A DNA stretch of 64,000 nt from Vicugna vicugna (GCA_013265495.1 MU063048.1:4779302-4843301), one strand, 5' to 3'. Positions 36,851 to 49,676 are shown, counted from the stretch's first letter. Notes: generated by a model not told the origin, from the sequence alone. Translations and numbers: made by a program.

Positions 36851-37779
36851 TTCGTCTGTCTGATCATTTTTCGGAAAGCGTTTACCAGGCGTCCCGGCTG
36901 ACCCTCCTCCCGCCAGGCCCTTTCGTGTGCTGCCCCTGCCGGGGCTGTGTCTGCAGATGTCAGACCCTGGGTGCCAGGTGAGGGAGTCAGGTCTCGGGGA
37001 GCTTGGTGGCATCTCTGCATCCAGCGAACGGGCCTCCTGCGTCCCCCCACCAGGGAGCACGGGGCACTGGAGGACGACGAAATCTCAGTAAACGGGGAGG
37101 AGGTCGGAACTTGCATGGCTCGGAGTGGGGAGTGGGCACCTCAAGCCGCAGACCCGGAGGAGAGGGTTCAAGGAGGGCTTCTTGGAAGAGGGGATTTCAG
37201 GAGCCGCCTGAGCCGCAGGAGAAGCACCAAGTGTGCAGGTGGAGGGCCTGAGTGTGACGACGTCACTAAAAAGCCGTGAGGAAACCGGGACTTGGGGCAG
37301 ATTTTGTAGAAGGCGAAGACCAGCTGAGAAGAGCTGAGGGTCCCGGAGCTGCCTTCACAGTGTCGGTCCCACTGTGGGCCTGGCCCTCTGCGCTCCGGAG
37401 CAGCCTGGGCGTCGTGAGACGGTGTCAGCGCCTCGGGGGGGGGCACATCTAGAAAGGATGCCGTGCAGGCAGCGCCGAGGCACCGTCCTGTCTCCACCCT
37501 GCACGGTTTCCTGCGGAAGGGGGATGGCACGGGTGGCGCTCGGTTCTGATGTGGTGCGAGACGCCGGTGTGCGCCCGTCCGCGTCACGCACCCCGAGGAT
37601 CAGCTGACGGCTGTGAGTGTCGTGACGCGCGTTCTCAGCGGCTCCCACGAATTTCGACCAGCTGTTAAATCTACGTGGGGTTTCTAAAGCAAGTAGAGCA
37701 AGCTGCGGTTTACTTAATACACGCTTAAAATGACTGTCGTCAGCGTCTCCGTAGCCGTGCTACGTAAAGGCTTCCGTGT

Positions 37780-38010
37780 GGACTTGTAAGCCGGGTCGTG
37801 TGCTTGCTGTGTGCACGCCGAGCAGCGGCCTTCGCGTCAGCTTGGCTTCGCGCGCGGCGTGCACGCTCTTCCTACTAGAGTCGTCGTGCGTTTGCGCTGT
37901 CCCCTCGTTTTCTGTTCATCCACACTTTTAATCCACTTCCCCGTGTGTGTCGCTGGACAGTCTGTCTGTGCCTGCCCAGGTTATAAATTCATAACAACAA
38001 GCGCTCTACG
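37780..38010 (-). mobile_element. L1ME 3' fragment, antisense
   Basis: ttttaatccacttccccgtg...ggacag...ccaggttataaattcataacaac resembles the L1ME 3' antisense consensus. Confidence 0.5.
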
Positions 38011-38999
38011 AGCAGAGCTGGGCCTGCGGCGTCCTGTTGGTGGTGCGGGCAGTGAGCCAGCAGCGCCCCTCCACCAGGCCGGCCGGGCCCTGGCCCGCGG
38101 CCTCTCTGCACCGGACGCCTGGCCTCCAGGCTCGAGGAGCCCTGGCCGCTGCTGAGACCGTCGTGGTGGTTACAGTATTTCTGCCACGTTTCCCTTGAGT
38201 GTTCCTGCCCGCCTGTCCCCACACCTTCAGCCTGAGGACCCAGTGGGGCCAGGTCACAGGAGTCAGCAGCAGGAGGCCGACTGTGGGCCTGGGAGGTGCA
38301 GGTGTGTCCGGGGTGGCCTCCAGGAGGTGGAGGCCTGGCTGTGAGGAGCCCGTGAGTGGCCCGAGGGCGGTGAGGGCAGAACCAGAGAGGCTGGGGACCT
38401 GGGCCGGCCCTGCCAGCTGCACTCTGTCTGCGGGCCACCGCTTCCCTGAAGACCAGGGCTCCAGCCTTGCAGGACGTGCGGCTCTGAAGGGTCAGCCTGG
38501 CAGACTCCGCTGCCCAGTGGCTCCCCTGTCCATGTGCCCTTGCCCACCTCCCCCCCAGAGTCCCCTTTCCCTGGGCCTGCAGACTCGGGGACGTCCCCAC
38601 CCCCCACGGCTGGGACCCTCCCCACGGCCCTCCTGTGTTTCCTCCATGAGTCCCTCTGACCCCCGGCCCCTCCACCCCAGCCCTGCGGACTCCCTCCAGC
38701 CAGTTCCGTGGTTCCTCTTGCGCCTGGCCAGCCTCACACCTGCCCCCGGGAGCTCCCTCTGCCTCACCTCCCCCAGCCCAGCTGCGCTGCCTTCCCTCGT
38801 GGTCTGGCACCTCCGGAAGGGAGTGTCCAGGAGGTGAGTTTCTGAGGCCTGACTCGACGGTGGTCTGTGTGACCACTTGGCTGGACAGGAGTTCTACGTT
38901 GGGGTCGCTCTTCCTCGAATCTCAGGCCTGGCGTAGAGGGGTCTGTCTCCGCTTCCCTGTCTGTCGGGAGGACCTCCTCCTTTTCTGTGTTCGGAAGTT

Positions 39000-39460
39000 C
39001 ACCGTCTTGTTCCGGGTGTGACACCTTTTTGTTCCCAGCGCTCAGTCTCATGTCTTTTGATTCCAGGGGTTTTTCTTGAATTACTTGTTTGAATCCCCTC
39101 TGCCCCTGGTGGGTTGTTCTTGTTTGTTTGTTTTTTCCCTCTGTTTTCAGTATTTGGATTCCTATCCTGGTCCTTTTTTAAATTTTAAAAATCTCCTTTC
39201 CTCTTGTTCTCCTCGTCTTTGTCCTGTTTTCTGGGAAACGTCCTCATGTTGTGCTGCTCTGTCGGGTTCTCCGTTCTGCTGTGTTGCTTTTAACATACAG
39301 GAAGCTCTTGTTCTTCAGATGTTCTTTTCATAGAGTCCTGCTCATTTCTCATTTCTCTGGGAACAATAATACCCTCCTGGAAGCTGTTTTCCTTTCTTTT
39401 TTTACGGTCTCCAGTTGCTTTATTCTTCTGTCTCATGTGTCACAATAAATGTCACAAGCC
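39000..39460 (-). mobile_element. L1ME ORF1-region fragment, antisense
   Basis: T/C-rich block with ttggattcctatcctggtcc...tttctgggaaacgtcctca...agctcttgttcttc, typical of antisense L1ME ORF1. Confidence 0.55.
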
Positions 39461-40506
39461 CTCTTCAGATTTCTAGCAAGCTTTGGGCATCTCTCCCTGT
39501 CTCCACAGAGCACCAGAAGCCCGAGTTGGACGGGGCGCTCCCTGCAGTGGGTCGGGGAGTCGGCTGCTAGCGTGCTTAGGCCACTTTTCTGGGGCTGATC
39601 AGATTTGCCAGGCAGGGCTCTTCTGAGCCCAGGGCACGTGGCCAGGGCGGCACCCTGCTCTCAGCTGGGCCTGGTGTCGTGGGCGCCTGCGTTGCGCCTT
39701 CCGCCGCTCGGCTGTGGGGGTGCAGAGCCCCAGGGACGTCTGCCCTGTATAAGCCGGCCACCTTTATCCCCATTCCAGGAGCCCCCAGACGGCAGCTTCT
39801 TGAGCCCTTGGGGGTTTGCAGTGTGAACCAGGCTGCATCTTTGTTCCTCCGCGCTGACGACCTGGGATGTGTTTCCACTCGCCCGCGCACGTGGCAGCTT
39901 TCAGGCTCTTGTGGCTACTGCTCCCTCCCCTCCTCCGTTTTACTTTGAATCTGTCTACACACTTAACTGTGTTATTGACTGTCCGTGTACGACCGTATGT
40001 TACTGTTACGTGCAGTGAGTGACTGTATCTGCACGTCTCCAGTGTACGTCCTGGTAGACGCAGACACGCACGCGGAACCGCTCCGTCATATTTGCAGGGT
40101 TTGGTTAGAGCGAAGGTTAACGTGTGGTTTCAATCTGTCGTCTGTAGCTGAAAGTTCAGGCTGTTCGTTTGTTTGCTTTGCTTGCTCGTCACAGCAGACT
40201 GCTTGCACGTGCGGTCTTCAGACCTGCCGCTCGTTGGATGTGATCATTCACTGCAGCCGTTAAGACCTGAAGGAAGCGTTAGAGGAGGGAGGCCGCGGGC
40301 TCCCGCTTCGATGGCCTGCTCCCCCCGCCGGGTGACAGAGGCACCAGTGCAGAAACCGTCTTTTACTCCCCAGTCAGAACAAAGCCCCGCAGCACAACAG
40401 TGACGCCGTCTTGCCGAAAAGCCAGCGTGGAACGTCCGCGCCTGCGCCCTTAGCCATCTGCGGGGGGTACAGAGAACGCACGAGCGGACAGTCGGCAGGG
40501 TCGGCG

Positions 40507-41015
40507 CAGGCAGGCGCCGGGCGCGCCGCGGGTTCGGGTCCGACACTGCGGCAAGCGGGGCAGCGGCACAAGGCAGGCACGCGAGCGTCTGGTCTCACGG
40601 TGTCTGTGAGAGCTGCGCTGACACCGCGCTGTGAGTGCCGTGGCGTTGTGCCTGAAACGCGCTGAGCGTCATCTGAGCCTTCACGGGGAGCTGTCACCTA
40701 TTTGCTGGTGGAGGGTCCGGCCTCGGTGTCGACAGCTGCTGACTGATCGGGGGGTTGCTGAAGTTGAGGGGGAGCTGTGGCAGTTTCCCAGAGTAAGGCG
40801 CCGTGCCTTCTGCGTCCGGTCGACTCTCTCGGTTTCTCTAGAGACTCGCTGCCGTTGGCAGCATTCGACCCACAGCAGAACCTCTTCCAAAACCAGAGTC
40901 ACTTCTTCCAACCCTGCCCCTGTCTTGGCGACTGAGTTTGTGATGTATCCTGAGTTCCTCATCACGAGTGACGTGAGGCGCTGCCCTCGACACTGTGGGC
41001 CGTTCACCAGGGGAG
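40507..41015 (-). mobile_element. Tigger1 (TcMar-Tigger) DNA transposon, 3' ~500 bp including the right terminus
   Basis: tcatctgagccttca...tttgctggtggagggtc...gctgctgactgatc...acccacagcagaacctcttccaaaa matches recalled Tigger1. The minus-strand translation LEEVLLWVECCQ echoes Tigger-derived EVLLWVKCYQ. Confidence 0.88.
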
Positions 41016-41039
41016 ACCGGGCACGGGGCTGCAGGCAGG

Positions 41040-41240
41040 TCTAAAAGCAGTGAAGTGCTTAAGTCGTACAGAGGATCAAGTTAGAAGTCAGTAACAGTAA
41101 AACAGTTCGAAAAACTGAATGTTTGGAAGTTACGCTGCACACTTCCAGGGAGCTCATGAGTTGAGGAGGAAGTCACCAGAGAATTTAGAAAACACTTAGG
41201 ACTGAGCAAAAGATGAACGACCTAAGAGAAGAGTGAAACG
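41040..41240 (+). mobile_element. L1M ORF2 fragment (end of the endonuclease region), sense
   Basis: caagttagaagtcagtaacag...aatgtttggaagtta...gaatttagaaaacactt matches recalled L1 ORF2. Confidence 0.65.
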
Positions 41241-42739
41241 TCACAGCTGAGGGCGCAGTTCAAGGGGTGCTTAGAGCGGGTGGGCGGCTTCAGCTGCCGT
41301 GCCGGGCAAGGGAGCCGGTGCAGATCGGTGGCCGGGGCTTCCAGCTCAGACGCCTGGAGCGGCGCAGGAGAAGCCCCAGGCTGTGGGAGGCGGGGCAGCT
41401 CGGGGCGTGCGCTGGGGGGTCCGAGCGGGCTCCTCCACCTGGCACCGGCCGGCCCGGCTCCGCAGTGGCTGGGAAGCACTTCCCTCCCGGGGGGTCTGCT
41501 CACGCCTCTGCACGCGGACTCGCCCTGTGCTGGCTTCCAGTGCCCCGGGGAGCAGAGCGGTCGGCAGCATGACACACGAGCGAGCGTGTGCGGACGCTGC
41601 TCAGGAGACAGGCTGAGTAAACGAAGCCTCCTGGGAGGTGCACTTCTCCTCCTTGAACCTCCTCGAGCTGGGCCGCGCGCCTGGTCCGCATCCTCCCAGC
41701 CCCGGGGGAGCCTCTGGCAGAGACCGTCGGCTGCTCTGCCAGTGACCTCGTCCACGCGGCCGCTGCAGAGGTGGGAGGGCCAGGCTTGATTTCTGTTTGA
41801 CTTGCTCCTGAGGAGGCCCTTGGAAAACCACCGTCTTTGTTCTGCAGGTCTGTTTCTCCTTATGAGCTGTCTGCATTACTTCTAAGATTCAATCAGACCC
41901 TTGGGAAAGCCAAATGTTTTCTGCCTCAAAGCAAATTCTGGTAAGACTGCCGCAAGGAGCATCTCTGATTTGCCCCTTAATTCTCGTGAATTAAAGTCTT
42001 TTTTCTTAGCTTCTGGATTCTTAAAATAATGACTTAGAATCTGGTCTTAGTGACGAGAAGGCAGCCATCACGGAAGTCTGAGACTTTGACGGCACTGCTC
42101 CTTCTGAGCAGGACTGGCAGTCTCAGACCGAGTCTCCAGACCAGCCCCGAGAGCCTCTCGGCAGCTGTCCCAGCACCCATGAGGGGTCTCTCCTCGCCCG
42201 TCGGACCCTGCAGGCTGCCTGGGCTGTCTCCCCGCCTCTGAATTAGGAGGTGTGGCCAGAAGGACAGGTGTGATGCGCCAGGTGTCTGGAACAAACAGCT
42301 CCAGTTGCCGGCAGGCAGCACTGACATAATTTTGGTAAAAATACCAGAGAAGCGTTGCTCGTGACTCAAGTTTACCCACAAGGAACCGTGGAATAAGCAC
42401 CGTGAGGGGACACTTCACACAGCACCAAGCTGGTGGTCTCCAGGAGTGTCCAGCCCCTGAGCACGGCCAGGCCACCCAGGCTGGAGACGCAGAAGGCAGC
42501 TGTGACGTGTGGTCCCGTGGGGGGCCACCGTGGACGGGAGGTGGCCGTGAAGAAGGCCTGCAGCCTGCCCGGGAGAAGCCCTGTGGGTGCGACCCTTGCA
42601 GTCTCGGCCGCTGTGCAGCAGCCGCCTGAGGTGTTACTACTCGGAGAAGCTGGGTGAAGGGAAGGCACGTGGGAGTTCTTCATACTGTTTTTGAAACTTT
42701 GTGTGAGTTTTGGATAATTTAAAAATGAAAAATTATGTT

Positions 42740-43530
42740 TTAATTTTTAAAAAGAAAAGATACATAGAATAGAAAACTTTCAAATCACTGTATGTTGGTG
42801 AGGAATTAAAAAAGCAATAGAAGTAATTAATCTGGAGGGTCCACAGCACAGTGAAGGGTAGATAGAAAATGCAAACCAAGAAGGTAAAAATACTTTAAAT
42901 GAATTAACACAATGTCAGGACTAATGTTTTCAGATAAAATAGAAGCTCAGGTTGGAACAACAGCAAAAACTCCATCCGCGTGGCATTTCTGGGCCCTGAA
43001 AGATAGAGATTCATAGAGATTGAGAGCAAGAGAATGCCAGACCGAAAAAAGAGGGTGCTGTGGAAGTATCGATGGGGAGAAAGCTCGAAGTGCTAATCTG
43101 TTATCAAAGGGGCTTTAAAGCAAGATGCGCTCAGGAAGACGAAACTGGGTCTAAACTTAGGAGCACTCAGCGCAGCCTCGGAACAGTGTGGGACCTGCTG
43201 GAGCCCACAGTCCACACTCCTCTCAGCGTGAGCGGATTAAGCAGGCAAAGTAATTGTAAACATTAAAGACGTTTTTTGAAAAGCACAATTGGAGCCCTTA
43301 ACTTGGCAGAACTATAAGCATCAGTCCGAGGCCTGACCGCAGAGGGATGGCAGCGAGCCGGCGGCAGGTTCTCTGACCTCAGCAGGACGTGATCAGAAAC
43401 CAGTCGTAGAAGGTAACTTTTAAAACCCAATACGTGTGTGAAAATTTCAGGACAGATTCTGAAGAACGCTTTGATCAAAAAAATAAACCATCACAAAAAT
43501 TAGAAAAAATCAGGAGCCAAACAATAACGA
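42740..43530 (+). mobile_element. L1M ORF2 endonuclease-region remnant, sense
   Basis: A-rich block; ttttcagataaaatagaag, ccacagtccacactcctctcagc and gttctctgacctcagc resemble the L1 endonuclease consensus. Confidence 0.7.
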
Positions 43531-46500
43531 AAAATTTTGCACCAAAACATGAGGTGCAGTGGAGAAAAGCTTCAAGGAGAAGAGAGACTGGGCGTGAACT
43601 GGTCCAAGGAAAGCAGAGAGGGGAGTAAGAACGCAGAAAGGAAAGGAGAGACGCAGTGCAGACAGCCAAACGGACAGGCTGGACGTGGCCCTTGGAGCAG
43701 GTGCGAGGGGCGGGCACGGCCCCAGGGGCCGCAAAGGACAGAGGCAAGGTGGGGACGTCGCGGGCACAGAGCCAGGTGCGGGAAACCTGAGTCAGTTTTT
43801 AAAAGCAGGATAATTCTCGGTCACACTGAGGCCCTGGATCTGACAGTCAGCAGAGAACGGCTGCCATCCGAGCAGGTCCTCGCCGATGGGAGCAGCTCCC
43901 CGTCCCGGCCGGGACTCGCACAAGACCTGCACCCTCATCAAGGAGAGTGTTGTGGGAGGGAAGCAGACGGACGGAGGGGTCCGTGCCTGGCAGCCCTGAG
44001 TTGCAGCGTGAAGCACCAGCGTGTAGAAGGTGACATTTCAAATGACAAACGGGTTTCGAACATGTAGGCCTCATCAGAAGCTTTGAAGAAGGCGGGTGTG
44101 ATTAAGAAAGAGCAGTGTGTTGCCTCCGCTGGCGTCTCACAGGTAAGGAGGTGCGTCCCGCACTGTCCCCGTCGCCAGTGCTCCGTCTCCACCTGCCCCT
44201 GGGCACAAGCGCTCTGGTTACAGACTCTCCTTGTGAAGGAGCCGTGGCTCCTGTCTGAAGGCTGGTGTCCTCAGGTCTGCGAGGCCCACTTGGTGACCAG
44301 GCACGCTGTTCGAGCACAGACCCCCAGGCCCCGCCCCTCGAGGGCTCAGAGCACTTCCTCTGTGGGCCCCGCCCTGCACTCACCTGCACGAGCGCTGTTC
44401 TCTCCTCCCCCGACTCCCTGGCATTCCTGGGTTTGGAGGAATTGGATGCACCACTCAGGACTCCAAGGCCGTGAGCGAGAAGCCACAGCAGCTGGGAGAC
44501 GCCAGCAGAGCCGTGGGGAGCGGGGTCCTTCCCCGGGAGAGTACTGGCCCCCACACGAGTCCTAGGAGGCAGGCCCCCGGCAAGACCCCCTGCCTGTCAC
44601 GGGGGCTCTGGGGCAAATGCAGCCAGAAAGATGACACAGGTCACTGTTTAGGAAATGTGCTCAAACTTAGTATTTAGCTGATCCATGTCCGAGAATCGTT
44701 AAGGGCCCTGGCCCAGCCCAGCTGCGCTGTGTCAACGCATGGACGGCCTCGAGGGGCTCCTGCTCCGCAAGCCAATGTGGGGGCCTCAGTTGTCTCCTCA
44801 GGTCCACATCCGTGAAACCGGGCAGCCCCACGTGGCTTCTGGTGCAGAGTTGCCAGGTTCTGAGCCTCCGCCACCCTGGCCTTGCTTGCTGGGCCCCGGG
44901 AAGGCTGGAGGGAATCGGCTGCGAGAGGCCCGAGACAAGCTCGTGCTGGGCAGGGTGCTGGGCCAGATGCTGGGGGCCCGGGGGCAGAGCGTCCGTGTTG
45001 GCAGCTGGGCCCCTCCCACCGCACCCCAGGTCTGACAGAGAGGAGGGGCTCGGCCAGTGCAAGACCCTGGTTCTCCTCTCCTCGCTTTCAGGCAGGTGGG
45101 GGCTGGGCTGGGCAGAGGGCTGACTCCCACCCTGTGTGTGGGGCCGTCTCCAGTTAAGCCCAAGGCAGGGGTCAGCACCCAGTGGTGCCTGCACAGGGGC
45201 CCTCCCTCCCTCCGCTCCCCGCCGACCCCGGGGGCCAGGCCTCGTCCACTTCATCCCAGGAAAGCTCAGTGTCGTTTCATCTGTAAGAAAACCCACACAC
45301 ACTTTCATTCACGAAAAGTTTCTTTGTAAAAATAGGCAACACAGTTGCTAACTCACCTCGCAAATGAAACTGATGTACTCTGGGATATTTCAGAACACAC
45401 ACATACCGGGTTCGAGAGCACAAGAGGACAGGGGCCCCGCGTCCTTGCGGGAAAGTGTCCCCAGGGCTCAGGACAGACGCCTCGGAGCCGGGGAGCAGCA
45501 CCAGCTCCAGCCCCGGGGTCGGGCCAGCTCCTCTTCCCCACGGCCTGGATAGCTGGTCCCAGTTCGCGGCACAGTCTTCCATCTTGGGGAGAAGACGCTG
45601 TGAAGACCAGGTCGCACCATCTGCTCCTTAGATGTGAGTCTTGCCGCCTGAGTTGGGTTTTCTGGAGGGCAGAGCGAAGCATCAGGTGGATCGGAAGCCC
45701 TCCCTGAGCTGGGGACCAGCAGGAGTTCCGGGCAGCCGACGCTCGACCTGAGGGGTGGCCAGGTCCCTCGCTTGCCTGCGGTTAGACAGGCCAGATACCA
45801 GACCCCCATGCCCCGTCGTCGTTTTGTGGAAGTCCGTGAACTACAAGGCGCCAGGGCCGTTACCGCGGCATCAGGCGGCCGTCCCTTCCCACAACCACCC
45901 TCCACGAGCTGGTGCCTTCACCCTCTCGGCCAGGGGAGCTGCAGACCGTCCACCCCCCAGCCCCTCCCCTGTGCCCACCGCACCCCACGGGGCTGCACCA
46001 GACGTCCCGAGTCGCGCGTGACTTCGCCCGGCCGCCGCAGAGGGCACAGGAGGCGCCCGTTCTGGCTGAGAGGCCTGTGTCTGCAGGGCTGGTGCCGCCA
46101 CTCACACAGCTGCGGGGCACCCCTGGGGGTGCAGCTGTCGGGGAGGCCAGCGCGAGGCGTGCGGGCGCACCTGAGCCCCGGGATATTCCAGAATAAGTCA
46201 CTGGGGGAGAGTTTGAGGAGCACTTTCTCAACCTGCTGGAAGTTCAAGTGAGAAGGGCCACCGAGGAGATTCTGGGCAGCTCTGCATCTGGCACAGGCCC
46301 TCAGGGCAGAGGAAGTGGTTTGGGAAGGGAGTCAAAACCCGCCGCTGGCTCGCAGCTTCCAGGCACCCCTCGGCACTTTGCGGCAGGCCAGCCCCTACCC
46401 CGCTGCCCCCTCGCCACCAGCTCTGCAGAGCCCAGCCCCGCCCCCGGCTTCTGGTGGCAGGAGAGGAGGTGAGAGTGGCTGCACCGCCCCCAGGGTGTTT

Positions 46501-46699
46501 CTGGGAGGCCTTCTCACCTTCCGTGAGGGCCACCCCAGCTCCATGGGCCTTGCTGGCGCCTGGCCGGTGCTCAGGCGACCACGAGACCTGTCCACCTGTC
46601 ACCCTCGCCTCTGCCCTCAGGCCACACGCTCCGCCTCCCTCCTTGTCACACAACCTTGCCTTCTCCTTACTGGTCCTTAGGCTCGACGCCTTCAACCTC

Positions 46700-46717
46700 T
46701 AACCCTAACCCTAACCC
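46700..46717. repeat. Short interstitial telomeric repeat (TAACCC)3, i.e. TTAGGG on the minus strand
   Basis: taaccctaaccctaaccc read directly, flanked by degenerate tcaacctc and tga. Confidence 0.85.
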
Positions 46718-47041
46718 TGAAAATGACCTTCGTCCCCCCTCCAGTGGCAGGTCTACCTCGCAGCCTCTCTTGCTCTGGGGGCTTTAGTCTTTGTCACATG
46801 GCCCTTTTCTCTGCGTCCCAGGCCCCAGCCCACCCCGCTAAACGCCACCTCCACGGCTGTGATGGCCAAGATGCACCCACCCACTTCCCGGCCCCACAAG
46901 TGTTGTCTGGTGAGTGTGTTCACCATGCGGTCCTGCGGGGAAAGCCCTGTTCAGACACACGTGTAAGACTGTCCCCCTCAGGCGCTCACTGAACATGGAG
47001 AGCAGTGTGGTTGGTGGGCATGGTTCCCGCCCCCCCCCCCC

Positions 47042-47436
47042 CTGGCATCAGCGGGGCTCCAGAAACACCTCCACGACGTGGCCTGGTCCCAGGCTCGCGC
47101 TCACCACCCTCCTGCACACACGCACTTTCTCACTGCTCCCAGACGTGCCTCCATGCCTCGCGTTTACCGCCCAGAGGCCCGCCTCCCCCTGCGTCCCCGA
47201 CGAGCTCCCACTTCCCCATCTCAGCTCTTCCGGGCATCACTGGCAGCAGCGGGGCTCCAGAAACACCTCCACGACGTGGCCTGGTCCCAGGCTCGCGCTC
47301 ACCACCCTCCTGCACACACGCACTTTCTCACTGCTCCCAGACGTGCCTCCATGCCTCGCGTTTACCGCCCAGAGGCCCGCCTCCCCCTGCGTCCCCGACG
47401 AGCTCCCACTTCCCCATCTCAGCTCTTCCGGGCATC
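47042..47436. repeat. Direct tandem duplication, period 198 bp, two copies
   Basis: Copies start at 47043 and 47241 and are identical by eye except 47048 (t) vs 47246 (g). The ORF track shows a duplicated 66-aa block. Confidence 0.97.
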
Positions 47437-47544
47437 CCTTCCGAGCACTTTGTCCCTCCGGCCAGACTCCCTTCCCTGTGTTCCCAGACGCGCTGTGGAC
47501 GTTTCCATCCCGGCTGCTACCGTCTCGCCCTGGTGTCGCCTTCA

Positions 47545-47657
47545 CTCTAGACTCTGAGACCCTGGAGCGCAAGGTTCTATGTTTCCATCTCTGAATGTCT
47601 CACAGTGTCTGGCACTTTGGCACGAAGTGTTTTAATTAATATGTGGATGAATAATAT
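47545..47657 (+). mobile_element. L2 3' terminus (the element may extend upstream under the duplication)
   Basis: ctagactctgagaccctggagcgcaagg...cacagtgtctggcac...ttaattaatatgtggatgaataat matches the L2 3' end. Confidence 0.75.
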
Positions 47658-48429
47658 TTGTCTTCAAGTGTTTGAAGAGCTGTCACGTAGAAGATGTATT
47701 GAACTTATTTTTAGCCTAAACATGTGGGTTTCATGGGTAGAAATTACAGGCGGACCAGCCCTCCCGGCACAGAGCTGGGCGGAGGTGGGCCTGTGGCCCA
47801 GGGCCGTGTGAACGCGGGGAACGGGCCGGAGGAGCTCTTGGGCCAGGCGGTCCGTTCAGCTCTCAGGGTCTGTAGGTTTAAGAGGCGACTAGATCTTCAA
47901 TGAAGGCAGGTGCTGGAATGTTGCTGGAGACCGAGCAGTGAGAGGGAGGGACCCCAGGAAGGCCCAGGAGGCGTCAAGGAGCCGCTCTCCCCTCAGGGTG
48001 GGTGGAGCAGAAGCCAGACCCCCTGCGGCACGGGCAGGCAGGGACCACTGAAGACGGGGCTCCCAGCCGGGGGGTCCCACTCAGCGCCAAGTCGCAGGTG
48101 CCACCACTCGAGGACTTTGACCCTCACGGGCAGCAAAGGCAAATGCTTGTTTGGAAGCGGAATGAAACCCAAACGCAGCCCGGCTCCTGGCTGACCCCAT
48201 GCCCCACGGCAGCGGTGATGGAGGAGGTCAGCCTGCTTCTACACGTGATGTTGTCCTTCAGCCAGGGTCCGAGACACACACGGGACCTGAGGGGGAACCT
48301 TCCTCAGGAAATCAAACGATCAGCAGACCATCCCCAGAGACGCCCCAGGCGGGGGGAACGCCATGCAGATCACTCGAGAAGCCAGCGGAGGACACAAGCG
48401 TGGGGTGGAAACAGAGGTCCACGTGCAAA

Positions 48430-49130
48430 CGTTAGAAACGAAGACACAGCATCAGGAATGGACGTAACTGAGGGAAAGGTCGGCAGAGATGATCCAAAGA
48501 GAAACAAGGCTGTGGGGAAACCTGAACAGGGCGTCCGGAAACTGGGAACAGTGTCAGGTGGTCTAACGTCCTTTTTTGGAGACAGAATAGGACAGAAATA
48601 CTGAAGAGATGATACCTGGAACTTTTCCAAAATTAATGAAAACAACAAACCACAGATCCAATAAGCTCTGAGAACTCCAAACAGGAAAAATAAGAACGTA
48701 ATTCACGCGCGCACACCTGTGCACTCAAGCCAGTCCCTTCCAAACACAGGCAGCCAGAGGGAAAGCAATACTGTGTGCAGAATCGCAGACGGCGTCTCCT
48801 CCCAGCTACGCGTGACAAAGACGGGTAACTGTCCTCAGTCCTGAAGGAAGTCACCTGTCCAGAATTCTGTGCCAAGTCAAAGGATCTCTCGAAAGCGAGG
48901 GTGTCGAGTGCAGATGTTTTCAGATAAACTGAAGCTGAGACCATTAATTTCCAGCCGAGGCTGAGAGGCCTCACAGCAGACCTGCACTGCAAAAAAAAAG
49001 CCGAAGGAAGCTTTTCAATCAAAACATGATACCAGGTGGAAACTGTTACCTGCACGTGCACAGAGGAGCACTGGGAATTGTAGAAATGGGACTATCGCAG
49101 ACGTTTTTCTTACTTCTAACTTTTTTGAAA
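48430..49130 (+). mobile_element. L1M ORF1 remnant, sense
   Basis: gaagagatgatacctggaacttttccaaaattaatgaaaac...aaaccacagatccaa and ttttcagataaactgaagctgagacc correspond to the ORF1p EEIxxENFPxLMK and FSDKQKLRE segments. Confidence 0.85.
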
Positions 49131-49652
49131 GGCTGTCTGCACCGTTGTTGGGTTTACAGATGTAGAAGTGAGACTTGTGACAGGAGCCCGAAGGAGAGAA
49201 GGGAGCCACGTGGCAAGTCCTGGCTCCCGGCGCCTGGGACTGAAGGGGGCAGGCGCTGCGTCAGAGGCTGCCGCCCCTGGAACTGGCGGGCACCCGGCTG
49301 GAATGCGGCTCCGGCCCGGCTCCCCCAGGTCGTCCGCCTTTCTCCCCCGAGCCCTTGGGGCCACTCTTGGCTGGTCTTTCTCTTGTGCCCACATGCGTTC
49401 TACGAGCGGATATTGTTCATGTGCCTTAAAATCAGGTCCAGGATCTGCCCTGCTGGACCTTGGACTCTGCAGGGGCCTCTTGCCACCCGGCCTTCCCGTG
49501 CAGCCCTAGTGACCCCTCTCCAGGGCTGGTGGGCTCAGGGCCGTCCCGGCTCCCTGCTGCACCTCACGCCTATCACCAGAGCTGCCCCTCTGATGTCACC
49601 CCAGCTCGTCCAGTCCCTTCCTCCATCTGGAGCTCTCCTGCGGGGCCGCTCT

Positions 49653-49676
49653 CTCCTCCTCCTCCTCCTCCTCCTC
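49653..49676. repeat. (CTC)8 trinucleotide microsatellite
   Basis: Eight perfect units read directly. Confidence 0.92.

Noticed and set aside
37047-37060. CTCF-like CCACCAGGGAGCAC just after the EXOC2 poly(A) site
   Set aside because: It has a mismatch in the GGC core; too weak to call without ChIP data.
46914-47594. ORFs with an internally repeated 66-aa block
   Set aside because: An artefact of the 198-bp duplication being a multiple of 3; all frames show it.
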